NCBI GenBank assembly: GCA_036172245.1
Contig: JAYWIR010000012.1
Span: forward strand, 3,038,001 to 3,102,000
Reading direction: 5' to 3'
Length of the DNA stretch: 64,000 bases
From: Raillietiella orientalis
Lineage: Eukaryota
Position numbers and translations under genes: made by a program
The notes under the pieces: generated by a model
What the model saw: only the letters and a program-made list of their open reading frames with translations
What the model was told of the DNA's origin: nothing
Database searches by the model: none
Part shown: in pieces, positions 1 through 12,600 of the stretch
How the letters are laid out: each line of letters starts with the position of its first letter
Position numbering within the stretch: the stretch's first letter is position 1

Positions 1-479
1 ACCTCCGTGTTTGCTGAGTGCATTTCCGCTCAGAGATTGTGAACTGATGACAAATTAGCAGCTCGGGTAATCTGTAAACAAGACAGCTGCGTTCCACCTA
101 AGCATTCAATGCCTAATTTTAGAAAACATCTTCAAATAGAGGTGAGGGGAGGTTTCATCCTTCACGATCCGTAGCATGCATTCTTGAGCGCGCGCAAAAA
201 AGATGGGATCGAAAGGTGTTTTCGTGTTCCCATCTCCCTCCCTCTTTTTGTTTTTTTTCTCTTGCGGAGGGGGCGAGGAGGTCTCATCTCCTCCTACAGG
301 GCTTCCCTATCAGAGGGATTCGTCGGCTGCTAGTGCGTTTTCCTTTCTTTTTCAAAAAAGGAAAAAGCTTCAGTGCTTTCCTTGGTGAGAGGAGCTTTTT
401 TGCACACGCCTCCAGAACTTAGCCGGAGCTTCGGCTTGCAAGAGACAGGACGGCTGTGCTTCGAGCTCACTTGGGACGA

Positions 480-1350
480 CGAACATCCTTCTTGCATGCA
501 GCCCGGAGTGATTCATTGAATGGGTTGAGCTTTTTGTGGTACATCTGCAGGAAGAAAGGACACAGGTTTCTCCGACGAAGTGCGGAGATGGAACTGGATG
601 CATTTCTGTCTTCCCCGGGATCATTTCGGTCCATCCCTGCCCCACTGCTGGGAAGAGGACATGAGATTTGTTGCGCACCAATGGCGTGCCCCCCAGTGCT
701 CAGAACCAGACGAAAGCCGATTGTCCGATGGAATTCCGTTGGAGCAGGCAGTACAAGCGGATGTCACAGGTGACATCCATGATACCATCGAGGCATCGCC
801 AACGGTGCTGATGGGCACTGAAATGTGACCGTCGCAAGCGCCCTAACTCAGACGAGAGGCGGATTGATGAGAAGACCACCAACAAATTTGGGACATTCCT
901 CGTATAAACAGAACTGTTTTGGAAAGTCCCAGAGAAGCAAGAAACCTCGAGGTGTTTGTTCTTCATGACTTTTTCGAGAGATTTGGCTGCAGAAGATTAA
1001 CGTTTTTGGTTCTCTAACGAAAAAAAAAGATAAGGATCTAGTTTTTTCAGTTTTTTGTTTTCCATCTTTGGTTGCATGAAGGTAGATGGCAACACTGGCA
1101 TTCCGATTTCCACACATCACCTTGATCAAGAAAAAGATCAGTAATGAGATTTGCTCTGAGCGTGTTGCTTCTCGAGAAGCCACATGGCTGTTTATTTTTA
1201 TAAAGATATCGAGATGGAGGATTTTTGGAAATGATCCGATGTCTACCAGTGCAGCGGAGGAACATCCCACAGTTGCTATAAACTTGAAGAACTGGTATTG
1301 GTTTCCCAAACGTAAGACTATCCAAACAACACTTTAGGCATGTATTAGAT
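480..1350 (-). mobile_element. Possible degenerate Academ-like DNA transposon C-terminus (XPG-like region plus Cys-rich tail)
   Basis: Minus-strand reading LLQRNSIGQSAFVWF*AL...P..GW....MHPV....LSSCRCTTK....SGL resembles the QA..W..AL / P...GW / L.P.W / CxC..C..CxC..GL.C pattern. Judged by eye only. Confidence 0.35.
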
Positions 1351-1489
1351 ACAAAGGCTAGATGAATACACTGTACCGATTAGTCAGATGTATACACTGC
1401 GCTTCGGGCAGGCAAGATATCAGAGACAAGAGCATTAGAAGTGGGGGCGCCGTAAGTGCTCTACTTTTCATCGTTGACATTTCCGTAGG

Positions 1490-3960
1490 ATGAGAGACTT
1501 TTTTAAAGAAGAATCTCTTCTAGTGCATCCTGACGACTGGATGGTGGTGGAAGATTTACTAGAGAAGCTAAAAAAAAAAAATCAGATCTCCGGGAAAGTT
1601 TATGCCGCCATAGCGGCCTCTCTGGTGGCCACTGCAATTGTGCAAGGTAATGCTTCTCTGCTGCAACCCCAAGGGGGTGAAAGATCAACTACCTACCGCA
1701 CCAAAGGATGTAGGTAACGCCTGCCAATTTCTGGGAAAACCGATCGAACTTGAGCTATCTTATTTGACCCCTAGAAATGAAATAGTGGCCAGAGAAGAGG
1801 CTATTCTAGAGGTTGTCCGCCTGGCAACAAACACATGCCATGAAAGTCTTTTTTCTATCCCGTCCCGTTCCATTTCCAGCGGTCGGAAGTGCTCCTTAAA
1901 TTCTGGTTGGATTCTACTAAACAGTCCTAATGAAGGGGTTGGTAAAGAAGTGCCTTCTGTCCTGCTCAGTGGAGCAGCCAAGGAATTCTCATCCGAAGAA
2001 CGCACGGAAGGATGTCTGAGCCTTATGAGCCCCTCGGATTGGTCAGATACGTCTGTGGTGGAGAGCTGCTTTAAGATTCTCACCCCATGGGATTCGGCAG
2101 TACAAACGCTCGCCTACGAATGGAGAGTGCATTCCTGTCAGGAGAAATTTCCGGAATTTCCAAGGGAACCGAGTGGGCATAAGAAGCTTGTGGACATCAG
2201 GGGGACGAGAGTTATCTCAAGCATGGGAGCGAAGACGGATGCTTACAGACAGGACTATCGTAAATGATCTTCGGCGACGAAACGTTCGAGGAAGTTTCAA
2301 TCCACTTTCTGGTAGAAAATCGCAAGGCTCAGAGAGTCGTACTATGTGCTCCATTACACAGAGGCTACAGTCAGTTCCTCGTTTCAGGACGATACATCCG
2401 ATACGCCCGATAATGACGCCAGGCGTCTTCGAGTAGCACTGTTTTTAGGGTTGCGGTCCTTTCTCCTAGGAGGCAGTCTAAAACCTATCAAACCACTAGC
2501 AAGGCAATTTATATTCCAGAGCCACAGATCTCGGAGGTGAGCGTCAGGGAAACACCAATGGTCGTTCTGACACGTGGCTCACGGTATATGCCTCTAGAGT
2601 TGCGCCGGAAATTGAGATCAGAATCAAGACAATGTGTGAAGTCCAATTTCTTCAACAGGTCATGACTGCTCGGATTTCATTCGCCTAGGACACCGGTTGC
2701 GATATCCCCCATCTGACTCCGAGGCCTTGAGCCTCGTAGCCGCGGGGATGCACAACGTGTTGTCCCTTTTCTCAGGAAAGATTCATGCAAAGGATGCAAC
2801 ATCACATGAACAAGTCCAAGGAAGGGATTCCCCGCCGCTCTACCGACCCTTCTAGCTTTGTCGTTCCTGGAAGGGGACCGATCCGCGACGAGTATCCTGG
2901 ATTGAGAAGGTTCCTCGTTGCGTGGGAGTTTGCTCCTTTCCGCGGCTCGAATTCCCAATCCTTCGCTCGGGGTCGAGGACCTTCGATGCGGGGCCAGGGC
3001 TGCTCGCTCCGCTTTCGGTGCACCGCAAGGACGTGAAGGTTTGCGGCCTCCTTCCGACCACCGATCCACGTATGCCTGCGCGTGGTCGCTCGAAGAGCGT
3101 CTACCCTGGAGCGTGCAGCAGATGCCCCTGTTCCTTGCGTGTCAGGTCCTGGTGGCACAATCAGCTTGTTCAGAGGCTCACGGGGGTCAGGGAGAAACCA
3201 CGCCATGCATTCGACCGCACTGAGCCCCGAGCCACTTACTCCAGGGAGGGGCACGCAATACTCTGATTGCCGATTCATCCGAGCAAGCCGGCTCAACGTC
3301 CTTCCGCTCAAAGCGATTGCACATCGCAAACAAGACCGTGGCTGTAGAAGATTCCAGTTCCGAACGAGACTGTCTCATGTCCTGCATCTCTTGTTGTCCC
3401 ATGAGTTGAATCTCTTGTAGTCCCGTGTCCTGCACTTGTTGTTTCGTGTCCTGCATCTCTTGTTGTCTCACGTGTACGTTAGGCAACAGGATTTGTATCC
3501 CCGCCAGATTATGACGTCAATGGAAGGGGACTGGGACGTGGTCTCCTGCAATGGTCTCGTCCCTGGAGCGGAGCTCTCGTCTCCCTACGGATCTGATATT
3601 GAGAAACGACAGAAGAAAGCGCCGACATCCTAGAGTTTCCTGCTCCTTCGAGACCCCTGAGGTCATCAGGGGACTCTCGAAGAAGCCCTCGAAAAAGATC
3701 TCGCCACCCCTACACATGACGATGAATGTTCTGGTGACTTGAGCACTAAGAGTACGGTTTACGGGGTTCTGAGACCTCAAGCATGAAGACGCGCGAGTGG
3801 GCTACCATTCGTGACTGCTTCTAACATACAGTATGGAAGCGATATCTACCAGACCCAGAGCAGTTGCGGCATCCTCCGGATGAAGGAATCGTGCGGCACA
3901 TCGACGCTCAAGAAGAACCGGCAGCAGGCGACGTGAATGTGGACGGAGGATTCTTGGGAA
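1490..3960 (+). mobile_element. Degenerate Ty3/gypsy LTR-retrotransposon pol (RT-RNase H-integrase)
   Basis: Degenerate motifs in the expected order: VHPDD (YxDD), PTAPKDV...QFLG (PxPK..EL..FLG), GAAKEFSSEER (ASRxLxxAE), SGHKKLVDI (TDHKPL), W...LTD.TIV (RW...Y...I), integrase HSTALSPEPLTPGR (HSTTGxSPAELLxGR). Multiple stops and frameshifts. Confidence 0.7.
3370..3475. repeat. Short degenerate tandem repeat (TGTCCTGCATCTCTTGTTGTC-like, 3-4 units)
   Basis: Directly visible repeated units. Confidence 0.7.
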
Positions 3961-4509
3961 CGATACCCCAGCCTTAGACGAGCTGGTGGTTAGGACGTGA
4001 ACTACGGCAAAGATCTCCATTGGCCCAATGAACTGAGGTGTACGGTGTACTCGATTAAATTCAAAAACTTGCAGCAGGGACATGCCTTCTCTCTTTTTTG
4101 GTAAAACAAAAACACAGGTGAGACCAAATCAGACATCCGCGTTTGCCACGAACTGTTATTTTGTGCTGTGTGCTTTGTGTTCTTACATGTGTGCATGCAT
4201 CATTACTGCCCGCACATTGACTCAGTGTCATCAACACAGCGTATGCATCATTATTGCTCACTTTCTCGTTATTCTTCTTCATTGATGTCCCCATGCTTAA
4301 CCGGTAGCTTGTCCGTTGCTATAGTAATATTTAATGTTGCCTGCATATTTACTATCGCTGGAAACTCAGAATTTCGCGATTCTTTTTGACAGCATCTCAC
4401 AGAGCCGCTCTCTAAGGTGACACATAAAGGTACTTAAACTGTACCATACATATTTACGAGTGGTTTAAAGAGAAAATGTCATGGAAACTCATCGGTTTAT
4501 CTGAAAGAA

Positions 4510-5210
4510 TGGTGACAGGATCTCTGGCAGCGCTGGTGACGAGGCAAGGTGTCTCCTAAGTAATCCATCCCATGAGGCTCATCGTCCAAATGAAGGAAGA
4601 AAGAGCTCAGAGGCGCAGTTCCAGATGAGAGGGAAGCGCGGCGACGGGAGTGGAAATTGGCGTGCCAATCCACGGGGTCAAACCGAACTTGCAGAGAGAA
4701 TCAAGGGATACCAAGTGACTAAAGAATAGCTCCCTTTCCTACCTCTGAATGCTTGTGAAATGTCCCTCAGGAAGTAGAAGAATTTGAGGAGAGGTCAGCA
4801 AGAGTGGTGCCGTGCTGATGAGAAAGACAGTCGCCTCCGGTCCACGCACGATCCGGCACGAGGCCGTGGGCGTCCTCCACTGAAAAACACCTGGAACAAG
4901 AAGAAAATGTCTGCCATTTTGGGGTCATATAGGTTTCCCGAGCGTTCTCTATCCAGGGGAGAACATGTTCGGTCCGTGGATCAGAGAATCCCTCATCAGT
5001 GCCACCCCAGGCGGGTGATGGTACTTGTTTACACCAGTGCAAGCAGCCTCAGACGCACAAACCATGAAATGGACCAGTCTGGGATGTCAAGTGAGGGGAC
5101 CTTAGGACGATCATGGGCGGGCTACCCCGAAGCCGATAGGTGTGTCTCCTTCCCCTATGCCGTCCCTGCCCGGCAAAGGCCCTCTGGAGAACCGTGTTCA
5201 GGATCGTGAA
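4510..5210 (+). mobile_element. PBS-like motifs followed by gypsy gag relic
   Basis: TGGTGACAG (4510) and TGGTGACGAG (4534) resemble gypsy primer-binding sites. SYRFPERSLSRGEHVRSV resembles gag ER..F..R.Q..GE.V..Y. Confidence 0.4.
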
Positions 5211-5549
5211 ATCGGTCCATCCCGTTCCCCATTTATTTATTCGCCCCATTGGCTACCTCTCTATGCCTCCTTGCTTCTCTCCTCAACGAGGTCACTCAAT
5301 CCCCTTGGGCATGAATCGACAGATGCCCTCCTTTGACTGCAGTCGTCTCTATTTATTTATTCATTTTTAAATAATTAGAGCGGCAGTTCAGGATGCGAAG
5401 GCAATGCCGACGAGTCTACTGCTCATTTCTACGATGAACATTCTAAAATAGAATGGAAGTCCAAAGTAGGACTCTCCTGAGGTAGTCTGACTTCTCCTAG
5501 AGTGTCAGCCGGGACCCCGTTCAGCCAGATCCCTCCGGGAGCTGGGGCG

Positions 5550-6250
5550 AGGAGAAAAAGAATGAAAAAATAAACAAACATCCTGTACCAGGTTTCTGTG
5601 AATGTGAGAGGGGAGGAGAGAAAGGGGTTTCGAGAAAGGGATCATATGTGGTCTGCATGCGTCCTTGGAGCCCTGTGAGGGACACCAGAAAACTTCCCGC
5701 TTCGAGTCTTCCCAGGCAAGGGTGGGATGGAGACGGAGTCCCTACCGTCTCCGATCCTCCTCTTCAGGCGGTGCTTCGCGCCAAGAATGTGCCTTAGAGA
5801 CAGCGGAGACCACTACGCACAAGGAGGCTCTGGAAAGCCACCCCGGGGTCGTCCACCAGCAGTCGACGAACCGAAGAGAGCTCCCTCGCATGGGCCGGAA
5901 GGCAGTTCTCCACATCGAAACGCCCGACCAGCTGAGCAGAAGGTGAGGGAGACGGGAGAAACTGCCCGGTCGCACCCTCGGCAGATGGTGTCAAGGACCA
6001 AACGGTGGCTGAGAGGTGTCGAGCTGGTAATCTGATCGAGAGGCTTTGGGAGTCCCCGGGAAAGAGTGTGCTTCACAATGGAAAATTGAAAGACTGTGTT
6101 CCCAGAGCCATGGAACCGGGGAGGATGAAAGGCCAAAGATTCTTTTCTTACTGGGTGGACGGCGAGAGAGGAACAATTTCCAGGAGCACAGGAAACGGAA
6201 GACAGTTGCAGCGAGCGAAGAACGCGGAGGAAACTGGCGTGCCGGATGCT
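5550..6250 (-). mobile_element. L1/Tx1-type LINE 3' relic (zf-RVT region plus T-rich UTR)
   Basis: LLVRSGLRC...ETVG.....C resembles the zf-RVT copies elsewhere in the window, followed by a T-rich tract. Confidence 0.3.
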
Positions 6251-6699
6251 GCTGGGTGAATCCCAATGCTTCTGGATTTTATTCCGCTCTCTCTTCCCCC
6301 TCCCTCTCCTCCGCTCTTGCTCTGTGGTCACTCGGAGCCGAGCCCACGGAGGCAGCAAGAACGGCTGGACGGAAGAGACCTCGGCAAACGGGGAGGGTTG
6401 CGAGCGGCGGCAGCTTCCCGGGTTCCCAAGGCGCTCGTCTTCCCCGTCCCCAAGAGGATGGACTCCAGAGGGACTTGCAGGGAAATAGCGAGAGCCAAGA
6501 GCGCTTGCAACTGGCGCGAGACGGGCGGCGCGGCTCGGCGTGGCGAGCGCCTCGTCGCCCCCACGTCCTTGGCCAGCTGGGAGCGCCGCGCGTTCAAGGC
6601 TGCGCGCACGCAGCCCTTCGAAGAGGGTTCGGGGACGGGGGGAGCAAAGGATGGCGCCCTGCTCAGGATAGCCGTCCCGGAAGGGTACCGGCAAAAGAG

Positions 6700-7260
6700 A
6701 GCGCGGAATCATCCGCCAATAATGAGCATACCGCGTCCCGGGGGTCTTCTTGGACGCCCGAAATCCGATCCCTCGGAGGCTTCCTCGCATCCAAAATGGC
6801 TCCAGAACGGGAGATCGTGAGGCACGCGAAGGAGCTTCCGCAGAACCATCTGAGGCGACAGTCGCCGGCCCCCTCGGGCGTTTCGCAGAACGGAGCAGGT
6901 TTTTTCGAGGGACGGGGCACTCCGTCCCCACCCAAGAGGAAGGGGTCCACAAAGACCAAATACCGACCATATCCGGTTTCTTGCAAGCCAGAGGCGTCCT
7001 TGAAGAATGCCTTTTCGGTCTCTTCCTCACGAACATCTTTCGGAGATGGAGGAAACCCAGGACGAAGAGGGTTGTTGCCACTTCCTTGAAGTGACTTTCG
7101 CTGTTTATACCCTTTACTTCCTGCAGGTTCGGAACCTACGTGCTTGGCGCCGTCGTCTGGAAGGGCGCGGTGCCAAGCAGAGGCACTCGTGCCGTCATGA
7201 GACCCAGTGAAGGCTCTCCTCCCTCTCCAGGAAAGGGGAATCAACCCCTTCATCCCGTGC
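6700..7260 (-). mobile_element. LINE ORF1-like relic
   Basis: LRPGFPPSPKDVREEETEKAFF resembles the ISIPLGLQVARMEEHF motif in other ORF1-like copies. Confidence 0.3.
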
Positions 7261-7289
7261 AACGGAGCTGGCTTATACCCCCCCTCAGG

Positions 7290-7810
7290 GGGCTTCCTCT
7301 TCAGAGCGTGCTGCTCCCTTCGGGGAGCGGCCCGCCAGAGGAAATCAGGAACAGTTTCTTCAGGGTTTTCTTCTGAGGAGGAAACGAGGAGCGGTCCCTT
7401 TCCGGGGGGTCATTCCGGAGAAGAAGTTCCAGAAGAGGATCCTTTCCGGGTTCCCTTCGGGGAGGAAATGAGAAATGATCTCCTCCGGGGGATCTCTACG
7501 GAGAAAACTAGGGCGAGGGTTTCCTACCAAACGTAAGAGGAACGGACTCTTTCCTCCGGAACCTTCCTGGATTCATAGTGTGCCCCCTCTACAGTTTGAA
7601 GAGCCGCACGCACCCTCTAGTAGCGTGTGCGGTGCTAAAGAGCTTCGTGAGCCTCCCCTGAAGAGGCGGACGGTTCTTCAGCACTCCTTGGAACCCCTCC
7701 CCCCCCCAAAAAAAAAGAAAAAAAGGAAAAAAATAGAACTCCAAGAAAAAAAAAAAGCTAGAAGGAAAGCAGAGAAAACAGAACTCCAAACGATTCCCAT
7801 CAATAAAAGC
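7290..7810 (+). mobile_element. tRNA-headed repeat family, 5'-truncated copy (monomer array plus A-rich tail)
   Basis: Shares ~40-bp TCCCTTCGGGG monomers, GGAACGGACT..TTCCTCCGGA..CTTCCTGGATTC and AAAGAGCTTCGTGAG with other copies. Confidence 0.8.
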
Positions 7811-8166
7811 TCCTCGGGTGAGGGAGCACAACCTATGCAAGGGTCCCTCCATGGACCACACTGTGGTGGTTCCATCCAGGTCAAATTGTCCTCGACGCGA
7901 CGACTCACCTTGAAACCGTCCTCAGAGGCCAATTCTTTGGCCGGGGAGGAGCGTGGATCTCGACGGTACACGAGCGACAGGGAATCGCGATCTCGTCAGA
8001 GGACAGCCCGGTGGTAAAAGATGGCGGCGGGGGAGGGGAAGGATGGGGTGAAGAAGAAGCGGTGACAGCCCGTTTGGAGCTCGGGTACTCGGTACGAAAC
8101 GGGGACGGGAAGGTGAGGAGGCACGCCCTTTCCGTCCCGAGGGTGAGCATGGGGTGTGCAGAGCAT
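7630..8166 (+). repeat. Left arm of ~540-bp near-identical inverted repeat (partner 13377-13922)
   Basis: Reverse-complement match, differing mainly in homopolymer lengths and a few substitutions. Confidence 0.97.
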
Positions 8167-8735
8167 CTCACGAGCCCTCTCATCACCTCATGGAATGAGA
8201 GCCTGCGGTCGTGAAGGCACGGAGACCGACCACCGCGGCGTATACACAGTGGTTCGCGCTGCCGACAGCAACGTCCGTTGCGCTTCCGCAGCTCTGACCG
8301 CGACGGAAGGCATTGCAATTTCCAGGAAAAGCAACTTCTTTGCGCTTCCGAGCTTGAATTTCACGATTTCCTCCTGGTCTCGCTAAGAAGCGGCGCGTCG
8401 TTTGTTTATCTCCTTCTTTTTATTTTTTTTTGCGGACTGCGCCGTCTCTTCTGCAGCGTCCGTTTTCAAGGTTGGCCAGCTCCTCGGCTCGCACTTCGAG
8501 CCGCTTGCTTCCTGTTCTTGAAATAAACATCTCCTTGACAGTCCTCTAAAGGACACGCTTCCGCTTGTCTGCGCTTTCTTCTCTTCCTCTCCTGCCACCC
8601 CGATCACCAGAGGGAAAACCACGTTCTGAAGCTCTTCCTTCCTTCGTTTTCTGCCTCCGTTGACAGATTCGGAAACTGATCCACTGCTGACGGATTGGTG
8701 GTGCACACAGCCTTTGCTTCCCCACAAACGCGATT

Positions 8736-8824
8736 CTGCAGCCATCTTGGAGCCGCTATGTTTTCGGAGCTTCCCCATAAACGGGACAAGCTCGGAAAAA
8801 ATAGTGACTCCAAGATGGCTGCAG
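8736..8824. repeat. ~89-nt palindrome/hairpin (37-bp arms, 4 mismatches)
   Basis: CTGCAGCCATCTTGGAGCCGCTATGTTTTCGGAGCTT ... AAGCTCGGAAAAAATAGTGACTCCAAGATGGCTGCAG. Confidence 0.9.
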
Positions 8825-8894
8825 GATTGCGATTCCGTGGACAGCTTTACCTTTCACAGTTTCTGACGACCTTTCCTATTCCAGATCGTTTTTA

Positions 8895-9045
8895 TCTCTC
8901 GAGAAAAAAAAATTGGGCTTTCTGTCTCAATAATCTTGACTCAAAAAATCCTGTCTCCTGCATCGCGACTTGAGAAGCCTTATTCTGTGATCTTGTCTCG
9001 ATAATCTTCTCTCAGTAATCCCGACTCGAGAATCATGTCTCAAAC
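8895..9045. repeat. Degenerate minisatellite, unit ~14 bp (AATCTTGTCTCGAG-like)
   Basis: Recurrent aatcttgactc, aatcctgtctc, gatcttgtctc and aatcatgtctc units. Confidence 0.65.
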
Positions 9046-9699
9046 CTTGGGACCAACAATCTTGGGCTGCAGCTCTGGCCGTCTTGCGTCATTTTGTGCA
9101 TTCTCTTGAGAGGGGGGCCTGAGCTGCAGCTCAAGTCTCTGAAGAGCACTGAGTTTCTCTGAACACACGCTTACCTTGAATGCACCCACTCATCACTCGA
9201 GCTATGAGCCTTCCCACTTCTTTAGCGCACGATAGCCCTGACTCGGTTTATTCAGAGTTCCTGACCAGACTGCGAATAAATGCGGATCCTTCGTTTCCTC
9301 AAATCTTGGAAAAAAATCTAGGAAAGAAAACGTAGCACAATTTCTTATTCCCTTGTCGTGTGCACTCCCAACGCTGTGATTGCTTCTCAGTTGTCATGGC
9401 ATTCTCATGCAGTGGCAGTGTCCTTTAGAGTTCCACGATATGTCTCGCTGGACCAACCACCTCACTACAGAATTTCGTTGCTACGAATTGTATAGCCATC
9501 CAACTTCTTTGCACAAGTACTACAGCTTCCAGGGAGTTTTCTGTTTCGACAATCCTTTTGTCGGAGTGTCAGCGATTCGAAAAACACCTTCCGGTGCTTT
9601 TCGAATCGCACGTGCTGCACAAATAGACGCCCTTACTCTTGAAAGCGGCTCCTGACCATCCGTTCACCTGACTATCGATCATCTGCTCTGCAGGAGATC

Positions 9700-10990
9700 A
9701 TGTGCAATCCACCCAAGCTGCTGTGGCCTTTTTCACTCCCCTTGACCTAGTGCTGCTCTGCCTAAAGGACACAAGGGACAGCGACCTCCCGGCAAGGTGG
9801 GAAGTGTCCTGCCGCTTCCACGGCAGGAGAAAACTTCTGGTAGCTTGGACAACTCGGCAGCTAGCGGTCGCTACAAACCCGAGTGTCCCGCTAAAAGATC
9901 TACGCTGGAAAGGCCTGCTTGGCATCCTTCCGAAGGGGGAGTGAAGTGGCTTCCAGAGCGCTGGAATAGGAGTCAGTGTTTCCATAGGAAAAGATCCACG
10001 GCGCGAGCGAAGCTGAGTACGCCTGCCTGCAACGAGGCATCAAGTCCTGGGATCTCAAATCGCTGAAGGAGATCGTCCGCAACCCGCAGAATATGCGGTG
10101 AGCCTCGTTCACCCCCTTGTCCCAGTGCTACCCTCCCTAAGCAACGCAAGGGACGGCGTAATCCAGGAAAGGTGGGAAGTGAAGAAGAATGTTCTGGGCC
10201 AGTGAACAACTCGAGAAGTGACAGACGCTGCGACCCCGAGTGTCCCACCGCAAGGACGTCTACGCCGGGAAGAACTGCTCGACATCCTTTCGGAGGAGGT
10301 GAAGTGGTCCCCAACGTGCTGGAACAGCGGCACCCTCCTCCTCAAGTGGCGAAAGTTGGCGCTGCTGGTGGTGCATGAGGGAATCCCGTGCAAAGCGCAT
10401 CTTGGCCACTGGACACAGGGGAGCGTGAACACTCAGAGTGGGGCAGGTGCAGGAAGTAGGAGAGCCTGCCACACCTGCTGTTGGATTGTGCTGTCCCTGA
10501 CCCTCTTGGGATCGCCTCGCGACGATCCCAGGAATCCTGGCGGGAGATCGCAGGGACATTTTCAAGCTCCTCTTCGAGCGTGGTGCCGCGCTGCCGCCGA
10601 CCGCGTCCCTCGCTGTCTTCCTCTGTCTTCGCGGGATCACGGAAGCCTGGAACGTGGAAAGAAGAAGCCAGAATGATGGGGATGTCATCCAATAAGCCAC
10701 AATCTTCTTGGAGACCGCCTCGAGGTGGCCTCATCTCGGCGGGACGAGGATGGAACTTGCCAGCATCATGAACAGGATGAAGAGGACGTCTCCCTGCAAA
10801 ATGCAATCCCTTCCTCGCCCTCTCCCCAGAAATTGTTTGTTGTTTGCTTTTTTTTTTTTTTCGTTTTCCCCATTCCCGTCAGAACTGAAGCGGACCTCGC
10901 CGGTCTATTTAAAGGTCTTGGCAAGTTCCAAGCACGTAATAGAACCACGTGTTGTACCACGTTATTGTAATTTTGTTTTTACTTTTGTTA
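9700..10990 (+). mobile_element. L1/Tx1-type LINE ORF2 C-terminus relic (zf-RVT) with 3' UTR, preceded by a diverged tandem partial copy
   Basis: LLVVHEGIPCKAHLGHW...RCRK*ESLPHLLLDC matches zf-RVT (H..LP...C..C...E...HLL..C). A T tract and conserved UTR follow. 9700-9970 is homologous to 10100-10330. Confidence 0.75.
9973..10777 (+). repeat. 805-bp direct repeat, copy 1 (partner 21371-22175)
   Basis: No differences seen in spot checks; identical ORF-track peptides at offset 11398. Confidence 0.98.
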
Positions 10991-12349
10991 TTAGTTTGAC
11001 AATAAGTGTTCCATCAAAACCGGGTGAAAAAACGTTCACTGGAAGCCGGCGGCGGTCCCTGGAAGCAGCTTAAGCAGAGACCTCCCGCGTTATCCTCCCT
11101 CAGGGGAAGCAGACCGCGCCAGAGCTTCCTCGCCTGCTGAGAATCCAGCAGAAAGCGTCCTAATAATCGGCATTCGCCGTATGCCTTATGACTGCAAGAA
11201 TATTGGGACTGGCAGTGAATGCGAGTAGCACGTGCTCCGGGCCACAATTGTCCAACTTAAGCGGGGTCTCCAGGAGCAGGAAAACATCGGAAAAAAAACA
11301 CCACCACTCGTGCGGCAGCCTTCTCTGAGATCATGGAAATCCTGGAATGCCATTGTGACCAATAACTAACCTCAGCGTCTGGTCCAGAAGCACCCAGACG
11401 CCAACGCCTTTCTACTTCTTGCCTCCACCATTGTCTTCCTCCTGGTCCGTCCACCCCTCTGCAAGGTCAAGGGCTCTTCTAACGATGCACGATTCCTTTT
11501 AGGAGAGAATGTCCTGCGCATTGCGGTTCGATCTTCCGACACCCAAGTCCCTCGGGAGATGGGGACGCACGGCCTGACTGGATGCTGCCGCAGCTGCAGA
11601 GGATCGAAAGAACCGTAAGTGGATTCTTTGCCGAGTCCGAACGGGGAAAGCGCGCGCCTCGAGAGCAATGGTCCTCGACGACGCTGCGAAAAAAAGGTGC
11701 CACAGGAGTGATCTTCAAGGAACGGTTCCCGCAAGCTCTAAGACCACCAGGAACCTGCCCGCCGCTGACGTGCCGAGTTCCACCGACTTGACGTGAACAG
11801 ACGACGGAAAACGCAATAAGGAGGGATCGGATGTCTGCCAACAAGAAGCGAAAGGGAGCACCAAACCAACGGAGGACGTAGCTAAGAAGGGAACGGAGGG
11901 TGAAAGGGGAATGTCAATAAATAAATGGGGTTGGGAAGGAGGGTCCAGGTAGTGGATGCTTAGGGGAATCTCCGGAGCGGAATGGAGACTTCGATTCCAT
12001 CCAAAGGAACGACACCGATGCCCGATCAGGTAGCCGAAAATCTGCCGCCCAAGGCGTTTCCCGATGGGGGAGCCTCGGGAAGGCTTATCCTGAGCACGGT
12101 TCGGCCGAAGGGAGGAACTCGGGCCGGGCTCGGGTTCGCATAGAGACTCACGCCACAATTCGACTGGTTCAGGCGTCCCGGAACTGGGGAGCGTCCCGAG
12201 CCTCCTGCCTGCTTTCCGGGAACTCGGTCTCTTAGGCGTGGTCCCTCTCGCGGTTGCGGTCGCTCCGTCCGGGGAGGGCGGGGAGTGGAAGCCGTCCGAG
12301 CTGATCCAGGACAGAGTGATGGCTCTCGAGAAGGGAGGGAGAGTGGCGG

Positions 12350-12600
12350 AGGAGGATGCAGTTTCTAAAAATAGATTTCAATTGTTCTCGTTTTCTCTTT
12401 CCTTCGCGCCGTCTCGAGCTACCCTGAGCCTGGAAGCCGAGACATCGAGGGCGCCCAAGTTCCTTCTCGTTCCCGAACCGGACGCTTCCCTTGCGGGACC
12501 AAGAGGTGGAAAGGACACCGCGACGGCTGCAGTGCAGTCGGGTTCCTCAGAAGATCCATGGGCCTTACAGATTTTCCAGCTTGGGATCTTTTAGAGATGC
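12350..12600 (-). mobile_element. LINE ORF2 EN-RT linker fragment, homologous to 28005-28220
   Basis: Shared GGATGCAGTTTCTAAAAATAGA...GTTCCTTCTCGTTCCCGAA. Confidence 0.6.

Noticed and set aside
5813..7089. Long overlapping ORFs (422 aa minus, 347 aa plus)
   Set aside because: Low-complexity R/P/S/G-rich translations in GC-rich DNA, no domain, and they overlap TE relics.
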